In this document: piece by piece, positions 8,550 to 16,799 of the stretch | How positions within the stretch are numbered: the first letter of the stretch is position 1 | Layout: every line of letters starts with the position of its first letter | Assembly: GCA_013696465.1 (NCBI GenBank) | Contig: JACCYN010000379.1 | Coordinates: forward strand, 1 to 55,342 | Length of the DNA stretch: 55,342 bases | DNA from: Pyrinomonadaceae bacterium | Lineage (GTDB): Bacteria > Acidobacteriota > Blastocatellia > Pyrinomonadales > Pyrinomonadaceae | Reading direction: 5' to 3' | Notes under the pieces: model-generated | The model's database searches: none | What the model was told of the DNA's origin: nothing | What the model saw: only the letters and a program-made list of their open reading frames with translations | Program-made: the position numbers and the translations under genes

Positions 8550-9491
8550 ATGCCACATTCAGTTCGTAGGAACGAGTTAGCAAATGCCGCAATCAAATTA
8601 TGGCGGGGTGATAGTGAATCGCTCCAATATCTCGGTGACTCTGCTAATTATGTTTACAGCTTTGTTCACTCTGGCAAAACGCGCTACCTTCGACTTACTT
8701 CGAGTTATGACAGAACGAAGGAACAAATTGAAGCGGAACTCGATTTTATTGCTTATCTTCATCGAAGCGGCGTTGGTGCCGCGCTTCCGATTTCTTCTGT
8801 TGCGCGGCGACTCCTCGAAGACATACCTTTTGCAAATGCTTTTCTGTTTGCCTGCCTCTTTGAGGAAGCGGAAGGTGAGCGTTTTAGATATGATTCCGCC
8901 AAATCTAACAAAGAACACTTTAGACTTCGTGGCAGAACGCTTGGACAAATTCACGCTCTCTCAAAAGATTACGTTCCTTCCAATAGCTTTCGTAGATTCG
9001 CTTGGAATGAGGACAAGCTGTTGTTTGATGTGGAGGACTTTCTACCTAAGTCCGAGAAGATTGTTTGGCAAGAATATGATGCGCTGAAAGAACGATTGCG
9101 AGATTATCCAAAGTCAAATCAAACATTTGGCTTGATACACGGTGATTTCGGAGAAACAAATTACCGATACCAAGACGCACGGTTAAATATCTTTGATTTT
9201 GATGATTGTTGCTATCACTGGTTCGCATATGACGTTGCCATTACAATTTACCCGCACGGCTGGCGGAAAGAAGGCTTACAGCTTTTGGAGTGGCTGATTG
9301 AAGGCTATTCCGAAAATATGCCGTTGAGCGTGACGTTTGCCGACCTGACGATGTTTTGTCAATGGCGGTTGCTGTATATGTTTTTAGTTTATGCCCGAAG
9401 GTGGGGCTTTGAGAATTTGTCAGAACAACAAGCAATATGGTTTGCACAGAAACGAGAGAATCTTGCTCGCGGGTATCAGTGGTGTTCGTAA
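8550..9491 (+). CDS. phosphotransferase (APH / choline-homoserine kinase-like) family protein
   Basis: Contains the catalytic loop LIHGDFGETN and the metal-binding IFDFDD motif. The gene is clearly AT-richer than its neighbours. Confidence 0.75.
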   Translation: MPHSVRRNELANAAIKLWRGDSESLQYLGDSANYVYSFVHSGKTRYLRLTSSYDRTKEQIEAELDFIAYLHRSGVGAALPISSVARRLLEDIPFANAFLFACLFEEAEGERFRYDSAKSNKEHFRLRGRTLGQIHALSKDYVPSNSFRRFAWNEDKLLFDVEDFLPKSEKIVWQEYDALKERLRDYPKSNQTFGLIHGDFGETNYRYQDARLNIFDFDDCCYHWFAYDVAITIYPHGWRKEGLQLLEWLIEGYSENMPLSVTFADLTMFCQWRLLYMFLVYARRWGFENLSEQQAIWFAQKRENLARGYQWCS

Positions 9492-9694
9492 ACAAAAGCT
9501 ATACACTCTGGTCTAGGGTCTAGACGCCGCCCAACAAGTCATTGGAGGTAATTTCTCAATATCCAGTTTCTCGAATGATTTTGTTTCCACAAGTTGAATG
9601 CTGATTGCGCGGGGCGTCTCAACTCCAGCGTTGGTAACTTGACATCAAACTTGCGCCGCGCTCCGGCGTGATGTTACTTATCACTGCAAAGCTT

Positions 9695-10594
9695 ATGGCA
9701 GTGCTTCTCGTCTTTATTGATGGTCTCGGTATTGGGGCGCGCAATGCGGATAATCCGCTTCATTTGCTCGGTCGTCGTGCCGAACCGCTCGCCGTTTTTC
9801 AGGATGAAGAGCCGCAGTTGCCGTATGACGGATTGCTTGTGCGCACAGACGCTGCGCTCGGCGTTGAGGGACGACCGCAAAGCGCGTCGGGTCAAACCAC
9901 GATCTTGACGGGCGTTAACGCGTCAGCCGCCCTCGGATTTCACAAGCAGGGTTTTCCCAACGAAGCGTTGCGCGAGATTATCCGCGAGCACTCAATCTTT
10001 CTGCAACTCCGGCGCGCCGGAATCGCTCCAAATGTTTTCGCCAACGCATACACGCCGCGCTTCTTCGAGATGCGCCCGCGCTGGGTGTCGGCCACAACCG
10101 TCGCCGTCGAAGCCGCCGGGATGGAGTTTCGCACGCTCGAAGATGTAATCGCAGGGCGCGCGCTCTTTCATGATTTTACGAACAAGTTATTGATCGAAAG
10201 AGGCGCGGATGTCGCGGAGCGCACGCCCGAAGAAGCCGCGCATATTCTTGCACGCATCTCCGGTGAACATCGCTTTACGCTTTACGAATACTTTCTTACC
10301 GACGCGGCAGGACACAAACAAGATTTCTCTTCCGCGCTCGTCGTGATTGAGTCTCTCGCCCGCTTCATACGCGCGCTGCTTGATTCGGTGAATCTTGATA
10401 ACACGACTGTGATCCTCACAAGCGATCACGGCAACATCGAAGATTTAAGCGTTCGTAATCACACGCTCAATCTCGTGCCGACACTTTTATGGGGCGCTGG
10501 TCGCAAACATTTTGCCGCACGCATCCGCACGCTCGCCGACATCACGCCCGCCATCGTCTCTTCGTTCGCTTCAGAAATACCGACGTACAAATGA
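9695..10594 (+). CDS. alkaline-phosphatase-superfamily metalloenzyme domain protein (iPGM/phosphopentomutase-like)
   Basis: Contains the N-terminal VLLVFIDGLGIG and C-terminal ILTSDHGNIEDL metal-ligand motifs. The start is uncertain (GTG 9668, ATG 9671 or ATG 9695). Confidence 0.6.
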   Translation: MAVLLVFIDGLGIGARNADNPLHLLGRRAEPLAVFQDEEPQLPYDGLLVRTDAALGVEGRPQSASGQTTILTGVNASAALGFHKQGFPNEALREIIREHSIFLQLRRAGIAPNVFANAYTPRFFEMRPRWVSATTVAVEAAGMEFRTLEDVIAGRALFHDFTNKLLIERGADVAERTPEEAAHILARISGEHRFTLYEYFLTDAAGHKQDFSSALVVIESLARFIRALLDSVNLDNTTVILTSDHGNIEDLSVRNHTLNLVPTLLWGAGRKHFAARIRTLADITPAIVSSFASEIPTYK

Positions 10595-12078
10595 GTTCTC
10601 CTTCACATCAAACATCTGATTCCGCCGCAAATCAACCTCGATCTTCACTCGCGCCCGTCCCGCGCTACTCGTACTATGCGCTCGCGCTGCTGTCGGTCGT
10701 TAACTTCTTAAACTACATTGACCGTCAAGTGCTTCCGGCGGTCGCGCCTCTGATGCTACGCGACGAAAAATTGCGGCTCACCGACAGCGAACTCGGCTAC
10801 ATCGAAGCCGCGCTACTCCTCTCTTTCACTTTTCTCGCGCCGCTATTCGGGCGACTCGGCGACCGCCGCCCGCGCGCGAAGTTGATGGCGACGGCCGCCG
10901 TCATCTGGAGCGTTGCGACGGCTGCGACGAGCGTCGTTGACCAAATCACTTTTCTTCCGGCCTCCGTAAATCTTTACCTTCCCCTATTTCGAGTGACGCT
11001 CACGATGTCGGGCGCGGCGCTCGCGCTCTGCTTTGTGCGCGCTTTTGTCGGCGTCGGCGAATCGGCTTACTCGACGATTACGCCGAGTTTGATCGCCGAC
11101 TATTTTCCGCCGCATCGTCGCGCCACCGCGCTCGGCGTGTTTCAGTCGGCGATCCCTATCGGGTTCGCGCTCGGTTTCGTGATCGGCGGCGTGCTCGCTC
11201 ACTTCTTCGGTTGGCGCGCTGCGTTCACAATTGTCGGTGTTCCGGGTCTTATTATGGCCGTGCTCGTGTGGCGTTTGCGCGAACCCGTGCGCGGCGCGAC
11301 CGATTTGCCTGTCGAAGCGCAAGCAAGCGGAGGCGAAGAGAAGGCGCGTGCAAATTCTGATGCAGAACCTGATTTCGCTCGTGCAAGCGAATCTTGGTGG
11401 CGGGTGAGTTTGAGTATTTTGCGCACGCGCGATTGGCTGCTCTCGACCATCGGGTACACAATGCTGACGGCGGCGCTCGGCGCGTTTGCGACGTGGGCGA
11501 CCGTGCTGCTGGTGCGCGATAAGGGAATGAGCGAGACGGGCGCGGCGATTACGCTCGGCGTTGTCGTATTACTGGCAGGAGCGACGGGAACTTTCGGCGG
11601 CGGGTGGTTATCTGATCGCCTCGTGGCGCGTCGGCGCAACGCATACTTTCTCGTCTGCGCCGTGAGCACGCTTCTCGGCGTTGTGCCGACGCTCGTTGCG
11701 ATTGCTTCGCCCGACCCGCGCGTTTACCTTCCAGCGATCACAATCGCGGTCGCGCTGTTGTTTACGAGCAACGCGCCGTTTCACGCGATCCTGCTTGAGA
11801 GCGTGCCGACGGCAATGCGCGCGATGGCGGTCGCTTTGAACATTGTGGTTATACACGCGTTCGGCGATGCCATTTCGCGCGCGGCTGTCGGCGTTTTGTC
11901 AGACACTTTGAAAGACGGAGGACTCGCGCCGCTCGCCGCCGCCGCGCGGATGGTCGGCATCGATCCCGTCACGCATCATCTGTCCGCCGCGCTGCTCATC
12001 GCGCCGCTCGCGCTCATACTTTCCACGCTCTTCTTTTTCTGGGGCGCACGTTCGGGGTCAAAAGCTAAAGCCGATTGA
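10591..12078 (+). CDS. MFS transporter (Spinster-like)
   Basis: ATG 10591 overlaps the upstream stop codon (ATGA). It has about 12 hydrophobic segments, plus NYIDRQVLPAVAP and GRLGDRRPR motifs. Confidence 0.85.
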   Translation: MSSPSHQTSDSAANQPRSSLAPVPRYSYYALALLSVVNFLNYIDRQVLPAVAPLMLRDEKLRLTDSELGYIEAALLLSFTFLAPLFGRLGDRRPRAKLMATAAVIWSVATAATSVVDQITFLPASVNLYLPLFRVTLTMSGAALALCFVRAFVGVGESAYSTITPSLIADYFPPHRRATALGVFQSAIPIGFALGFVIGGVLAHFFGWRAAFTIVGVPGLIMAVLVWRLREPVRGATDLPVEAQASGGEEKARANSDAEPDFARASESWWRVSLSILRTRDWLLSTIGYTMLTAALGAFATWATVLLVRDKGMSETGAAITLGVVVLLAGATGTFGGGWLSDRLVARRRNAYFLVCAVSTLLGVVPTLVAIASPDPRVYLPAITIAVALLFTSNAPFHAILLESVPTAMRAMAVALNIVVIHAFGDAISRAAVGVLSDTLKDGGLAPLAAAARMVGIDPVTHHLSAALLIAPLALILSTLFFFWGARSGSKAKAD

Positions 12079-12142
12079 GTTACACAAAATCGTTTTCGTA
12101 CTTTCGATTCGACTTTTTATTTCCCGGAGATTATCTCTTGCT

Positions 12143-12466
12143 TTAGACGGCAGATTTGCGTTGAGGTTGCGGGCGGGCACTTGAGCTTTCGAGACAAGCG
12201 GTCGAACAGTAACTTGCATTGGACGAAGAACGGTGTGCAAGCGCGCGGGAAGACGGCAGCCACACCCCACACGATTCGCAACGAATGAGTTTCTCGCCCG
12301 ATTTGCCCTTCGTTTCACTTACTCCGAAGGTGCATTCTTCTCCAGAATTTTGAATCGCGCGCACGGTTTCCATCACGCGCCGCGCGGCTTTGAGATACGG
12401 GCGAATGCGCCAATAAATAATCGCGCCAACGAGCAGCAGAAGAATGATGATGATCGCTAATTTCAA
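12143..12466 (-). CDS. small membrane-anchored zinc-finger protein (YacG/PP0621-like C-x2-C...YCS-x2-C)
   Basis: It has an N-terminal TM helix (KLAIIIILLLLVGAIIYW) and C-terminal CESCGVWLP...YCSTAC. The TTG start overlaps the TGA of the upstream TPR gene. Confidence 0.5.
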   Translation of the reverse strand: MKLAIIIILLLLVGAIIYWRIRPYLKAARRVMETVRAIQNSGEECTFGVSETKGKSGEKLIRCESCGVWLPSSRALAHRSSSNASYCSTACLESSSARPQPQRKSAV

Positions 12467-13239
12467 TTTCGTTCTCGCGCCGTGTTGCGGCTCTGGATCA
12501 GTTGCGCTTCGATGTCGGGCAAGGCCGGATTCTGATCGTTGACACTTTTTAACTCCTCAATTGTTTTTTGCGCTTCCGTTGTGTCGCCAACGGCGATCAG
12601 AGCCGACGCCAAGTTTTGCAGCGTCTGTTCGTGGCGCGCATCGAGGGCGAGGGCTTGGCGATATTCGTCAATCGCGCGTTGCGGGTCGGAGGGTTTATCG
12701 AAAAAGTAAGTCATGCCCAAACCCGTGTGCACGTTCGGATCGTCGGGCTTCATGCGAAGGGCTTGCTGGTAAACGAGACGTGCGTCTTCAAAACAATTCG
12801 GGTCGGTTGTTCGCGCCATGGCGAGAAGCGCGTGGGCGAGGTAGAGCGTCGCCTCGTAATTTTTCGGATCGCCTTCGTGTGCGCGCTGCAAGAGGCGCAC
12901 GGCTTCGGGGAAAATGTCAGCGTCGTTCGTGTAGGAAGCGTAAAAGTAGAGGTTGCGGCCGAGATTGCGCTGAATGTCGAGATCGTTCGGAGTTGAATCG
13001 GCGCGTGCAATCGCACCGCGCAGTTGTTCGTCAGAGACGCGCGGCACCGCAGGGTCATCACCCGAGTTCCCGCCGACATTTTCCTCTCCGGCGCGCGTTG
13101 AGGTTGCCGCGCGCAGGCGTTCCAACTCGGCGCGCATCTCGTCGTGGTCACGGCGGTTGATGGTGTTGGTGAACACAAAGCCGATGAGTAACCCGGCGAG
13201 CGCGCCCATCATTAAATAAAGAAGTTTGCTACGATTCAC
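12463..13239 (-). CDS. membrane-anchored tetratricopeptide-repeat protein
   Basis: GTG start, an N-terminal TM helix, then TPR-like repeats (YEATLYLAHALLAMAR, YQQALRMKPDDPNVHTGLGMTYF, AIDEYRQALALD). Confidence 0.75.
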   Translation of the reverse strand: MNRSKLLYLMMGALAGLLIGFVFTNTINRRDHDEMRAELERLRAATSTRAGEENVGGNSGDDPAVPRVSDEQLRGAIARADSTPNDLDIQRNLGRNLYFYASYTNDADIFPEAVRLLQRAHEGDPKNYEATLYLAHALLAMARTTDPNCFEDARLVYQQALRMKPDDPNVHTGLGMTYFFDKPSDPQRAIDEYRQALALDARHEQTLQNLASALIAVGDTTEAQKTIEELKSVNDQNPALPDIEAQLIQSRNTARERN

Positions 13240-13301
13240 TGTTAATTGCGGCGGACGTTTCTTAAAGTGTGATGATTATAACTTAAGGTTTGGATAAAGC
13301 C

Positions 13302-13338
13302 GAAGCGCGCCGTTCTCTCAATGGTAACGGCGCGCTTC
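13302..13338 (-). terminator. intrinsic-terminator-like hairpin downstream of the RHH gene
   Basis: A perfect 13-bp stem (GAAGCGCGCCGTT / AACGGCGCGCTTC) with an 11-nt loop. Only a short T run follows on the minus strand. Confidence 0.5.
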
Positions 13339-13438
13339 TCGCATAACAAGGTTTTTGGAAGCGGCGCATCAAGCGTCGCAAAATAATTGCATTGCGGCGG
13401 GCAATAAGCTGCTGCGACAAGTGAGGAAAGTTGAGCCT

Positions 13439-13714
13439 TTAGTCGTCGCCCGTGGACGCGTCCGGCGGAACATACGGAACGTCGTATGAGCGACGACGCG
13501 GAAGCGGATCGCTATCGCGGCGGCGCGGGCCGGAATTGACGTTACGGCGATCAATGGAGCCGGGCGCGAGCGCGCGCCCGTGCACGGCCTCTGTCAGAAT
13601 CCGCGTGATCTCTTGCGATAGCGTGCGATGCTCGGCCGCCGCGCGCCTTCGCAAAGATTCTTTTAATTCCAACGGCACGTAAGCGCCAATAAACACTCCC
13701 TTGCGGTTTACCAT
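13439..13714 (-). CDS. ribbon-helix-helix (CopG/Arc-like) protein with disordered Arg/Pro-rich tail
   Basis: The N-terminus FIGAYVPLELKESLRRRAAAEHRTLSQEITRILTEAV fits a beta-strand/helix/helix RHH pattern. ATG start with an upstream AGGAG. Confidence 0.55.
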   Translation of the reverse strand: MVNRKGVFIGAYVPLELKESLRRRAAAEHRTLSQEITRILTEAVHGRALAPGSIDRRNVNSGPRRRDSDPLPRRRSYDVPYVPPDASTGDD

Positions 13715-13787
13715 CTTTTTTTACGTCTCCTGAATGAGTCGGAAATATAATTTACTTCAGGACTGAACTCCAAAACTCTTTTGTTTA

Positions 13788-14290
13788 GCGGCACAAGCAG
13801 CGCGACCCTGTAAGCCGAATTCTGTTCTTCGCTTGTTAAAGGCAAAGCGGCGATCATTCATCTAGCCCGTTTGTCGCCAAACGGATCGAGCGACCTACCC
13901 GGAGACGGGGAAAGCCAAAAAGCTTTCACGAGGACGGGCCGCCCTCAAACCGTCTCCCTATTTGGTCTTGCACTGCGAGGAGTTTGCCTAGCCGCGTTGT
14001 GTCACCACACGCGCTGGTGCGCTCTTACATTAAGCTTCATTACTCAGAAGCCGCACCGTTTCACCCATCACCAACGCGACTAAAAACAACTAACGTCATT
14101 CAACTCGCGTTGGCTGGATTATTCTCTGTTGCACTTGTCGTCACACGGCGAACGGGCAAAAAACCTCAAAGGCCACCCCATTCGCCCTGCGCCCAGCCGT
14201 TAGCTGGCTCGCTGCCCTGTAGTGTTCGGACTTTCCTCTCCCTCACCCGAAAGCGAGGCAGCGACCGCCCAGTTCGCACTCCTTGTGCCG
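13788..14290 (-). ncRNA. rnpB: RNase P RNA, bacterial type A
   Basis: On the minus strand I see GAGGAAAGUCCG (plus coordinates 14227..14238), GGGUGAAACGGUGCGG...UAAGAGCGCACC, and ACAGAAUUCGGCUUACAGGGUCGC (13802..13825). The P1 helix pairs GGCACAAG at 14289 with CUUGUGCC at 13790..13797. Ends are accurate to about 5 nt. Confidence 0.9.
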
Positions 14291-14346
14291 CATTTGGGCG
14301 ATTATAGCAAATCATTGTTCAACAGGTACAGAAATGATTGCAACAA

Positions 14347-15057
14347 TTAATAATAGTTGTAGCCGACGCGAAGCCCTCGCAGCAGCGTGTCAGGGATCGT
14401 AGCGATCAGAATCCACGTCATCACGCTGTGAGAAAGCGCTAGCGCCAAAAGGTTTGGGGCGCGTTGGTAGACGAAAGCCCAGAGGAGTCCGCCGCAGAAA
14501 GTGACCACCATTAACCAAGGATTCGGCAAATGCAACAATCCGAACACAAGCGCGACAACTACGATGCTTCCTACTCCTTTCCCGAAAAGCATCTGCGCGC
14601 GGCGGTTAACGAATCCTTGCAACATGAACTGCTGCAAAAAACCCCAGCCGATGCCCCACACGAAAAGCCAGACGGGAGTTTGCCGCACGCGCGGCGCGCC
14701 GAATTGAAATTTAGGAAGTAGAAAACCGAGCGCAAGCATAAGGAGCGAGGCGACGATCATCGCGGGCAAAAGCAGACGCGCCGCCTGCCAAAAATTATCG
14801 AAGCGCAAACCAAGCTCGCGCCATGTTTCGCCCTGCGCCTGACGCGAAAACAACATTAAAGCGAGCGCCGCACAAACCGGAACCATTCCGGCAACCGCCA
14901 ACTCAGCTCCTCGCTGCGTGAACGGAAGAACCACCCACTCCGCAACCACGACCGACGCCACAAGTGACATGATCTCGCAGGCAGCTAACCATCTCGGTGA
15001 AGAAACAGCTTCCGCCGCGTCTTCTCTTTGAGCATCTCCGGTCGTCGTCCGCATCAT
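14347..15057 (-). CDS. CPBP (CAAX/Abi) family intramembrane protein, probably catalytically degenerate
   Basis: Polytopic membrane protein. Motif 2 (FGLLHLPN) and motif 3 (LSHSVMTW) are present, but motif 1 reads QQFMLQ instead of EExxxR. The ATG overlaps the stop codon of the upstream gene. Confidence 0.75.
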   Translation of the reverse strand: MMRTTTGDAQREDAAEAVSSPRWLAACEIMSLVASVVVAEWVVLPFTQRGAELAVAGMVPVCAALALMLFSRQAQGETWRELGLRFDNFWQAARLLLPAMIVASLLMLALGFLLPKFQFGAPRVRQTPVWLFVWGIGWGFLQQFMLQGFVNRRAQMLFGKGVGSIVVVALVFGLLHLPNPWLMVVTFCGGLLWAFVYQRAPNLLALALSHSVMTWILIATIPDTLLRGLRVGYNYY

Positions 15058-15566
15058 CACTCCGTCGCTTTAATCACGAAACCGCCGTTCAATTCGCTCG
15101 CCTCACTTCTCTCCGCATCAACGCGGAATCGCGCGGGCTGTGGCAACGCTTGCAGTGTGCGCCGATCACCACCCCCGCTTTCATGCACAACATAAACGCG
15201 TGCTTCGTAATTGCCTGCCGCAAGCGGCGGAACGTCAAACGCAAACTTATGCGCACCTTCTTGCGCAAGTTCAACATTTGCCGCAGAGCGGCGCGGGCGG
15301 TCGGCGATACTGCTTGCCGCAAATTCGTCATTGATGTAAAGCTGCATCTCGACTGGCTTCGATGGTTCAGCTTCAGCAATCATCCAGCCTGCAACTCGAC
15401 GCCCATTCGCTTCATCAATCCGACCGTCAAAGCGTGAATAGAATGTTCGGTAGTGAAAACTTACTACAAGGAAAATCACGAACAGCGTTTCGAGAATCGC
15501 CTTGGCGATGATGAAGATGACGAGACTGCTTCGAGGCTTCCGCATAAGATTTTTGTCGAACATCAT
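15057..15566 (-). CDS. hypothetical membrane-anchored protein with beta-sandwich-like ectodomain
   Basis: One TM helix (LVIFIIAKAILETLFVIFLVV), followed by GRIDEANGRRVAGWMIAE...PVEMQLYINDEF...HKFAFDVPPL. The start is uncertain (TTG 15581, ATG 15566, ATG 15545). Confidence 0.5.
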   Translation of the reverse strand: MMFDKNLMRKPRSSLVIFIIAKAILETLFVIFLVVSFHYRTFYSRFDGRIDEANGRRVAGWMIAEAEPSKPVEMQLYINDEFAASSIADRPRRSAANVELAQEGAHKFAFDVPPLAAGNYEARVYVVHESGGGDRRTLQALPQPARFRVDAERSEASELNGGFVIKATE

Positions 15567-15764
15567 AAAGCGCGGACACAACCGTAATCGAAACGATTTA
15601 CAGTTGCGCCCGCGCTTCGTGGTGTCTTTCTTGTTGCTGCTTCGGACGATTCAAGATTTTGTATCTTGATCAATGCCGTGCGTGGCGTCAAGTTCTACGG
15701 TGAAAAAAAGCGGGAAGCGAGAAGAAGAACGAACTTCTATTTTTATCTTTTCAGCTTCATCTTT

Positions 15765-16799
15765 TTACCAACGACGGCGACTCAACTCGATGCGGTCGCC
15801 GGATTGTAAATTCGGATCGGGAGTTTTGCCAGCCTCGATGGACTTTAAATTGTACTCCGTATTGATCAGACGCCCATCCGTTCCTGCGCGTAGTATGCGC
15901 GCGCGCCCTCCGGCAAAGTGTGTCGTGCCGCCCGAAGCGAGGATGGCTTGCGTCAGAGTCAGTCCGCGATGAAAATCTTTTTGCCCCGGCGCGACGATTT
16001 GCCCGCCGATGAAATAGAATTGCGGCGGACGCGCTTCGACCGTAATCACATCGCCCGCTTGCGCAAGCGTGTTCATTACCGACGCATCGCCTAAAGTGCT
16101 CGTGCTGCTCGTCCCCGTCGCCCGCGAAACAATCGTGACGCGACCGGCTTCGGGGCGCGGCTGCGCTTCCGCCAGCAAAGCGTAAAGCGGCATCGCTTCG
16201 CGCCGCAGAATCTTCATGCCGGGGTTATGAACGAGACCGCTTACGACGACAATGTGGCTTCCGTATTCGCGCACGTTGACAACCATCTGTGGCTTGGTGA
16301 GAACGGCGCGACGCTTCAACTCTGAAGACAGACGCGCATCAATCTCATCCGTCGTCATTCCGGCGACGAACAGGGGTTCGCCCGCGAGCGGGAATTCCAA
16401 TATGCCGCCTTCCATCACCGTGTAGAGCGTGGGTTCGCGCGTCCTGTGGTTGAGCACGCGAATGTCGAGCACGTCGCCCGCGCCGACGCGGTAGATGTCT
16501 GTTAAAACGACGGCGGCGGTCGTCGTGTTGACGGCTGCCGCAGTAGACGCGGTGGGCCCGCCGGCGGAAGTATTCGCGCTTGAATTGTTCGACGAAGAGG
16601 AAGCAGCGGTGGCTTTCGGTTTAGCGGCGGAGGAGGTGGCGGTTGTCCGCGCAGGCGTTGATTCGCTATGAGCAGAAGTATCACTCAATCGGTTGCCGCT
16701 ATTCGTCGGGCGAACCGGGTTAGATCGAGTTTGCGCGGCGCAAACCGGAATCCCGCACAGAAGAACCCACAGCCAGAAGACGCATAAAACTTTTTTCAT
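15765..16799 (-). CDS. polysaccharide export protein (Wza-like Poly_export + SLBB domains)
   Basis: It has a signal peptide, a Ser/Thr/Ala-rich low-complexity linker, YRVGAGDVLDIRV (Poly_export motif), and SLBB-like segments (GDVITVEA..., LQSGDRIEL). An AAGGAG RBS precedes the start. Confidence 0.8.
   Translation of the reverse strand: MKKVLCVFWLWVLLCGIPVCAAQTRSNPVRPTNSGNRLSDTSAHSESTPARTTATSSAAKPKATAASSSSNNSSANTSAGGPTASTAAAVNTTTAAVVLTDIYRVGAGDVLDIRVLNHRTREPTLYTVMEGGILEFPLAGEPLFVAGMTTDEIDARLSSELKRRAVLTKPQMVVNVREYGSHIVVVSGLVHNPGMKILRREAMPLYALLAEAQPRPEAGRVTIVSRATGTSSTSTLGDASVMNTLAQAGDVITVEARPPQFYFIGGQIVAPGQKDFHRGLTLTQAILASGGTTHFAGGRARILRAGTDGRLINTEYNLKSIEAGKTPDPNLQSGDRIELSRRRW

Noticed and set aside
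13240-13714. The RHH gene considered as the antitoxin of a type II toxin-antitoxin pair.
   Set aside because: No toxin-sized ORF is adjacent or overlapping. The downstream 200 nt contains only a terminator-like hairpin and a spurious 61-aa ORF.
13871-14307. Plus-strand ORFs 13871..14083 and 13984..14307.
   Set aside because: They lie entirely inside the minus-strand RNase P RNA gene, and no coding features are evident.
15700-15775. Purine-rich then pyrimidine-rich stretch (GAAAAAAAGCGGGAAGCGAGAAGAAGAACG ... CTTCTATTTTTATCTTTTCAGCTTCATC) after the Wza-like gene, and GAAAAAGAATGAAATTGAAT at about 24250, considered as further members of the palindrome family.
   Set aside because: Complementarity between the arms is poor. 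The resemblance is mainly shared purine-rich composition, which seems to be a general property of intergenic DNA here.
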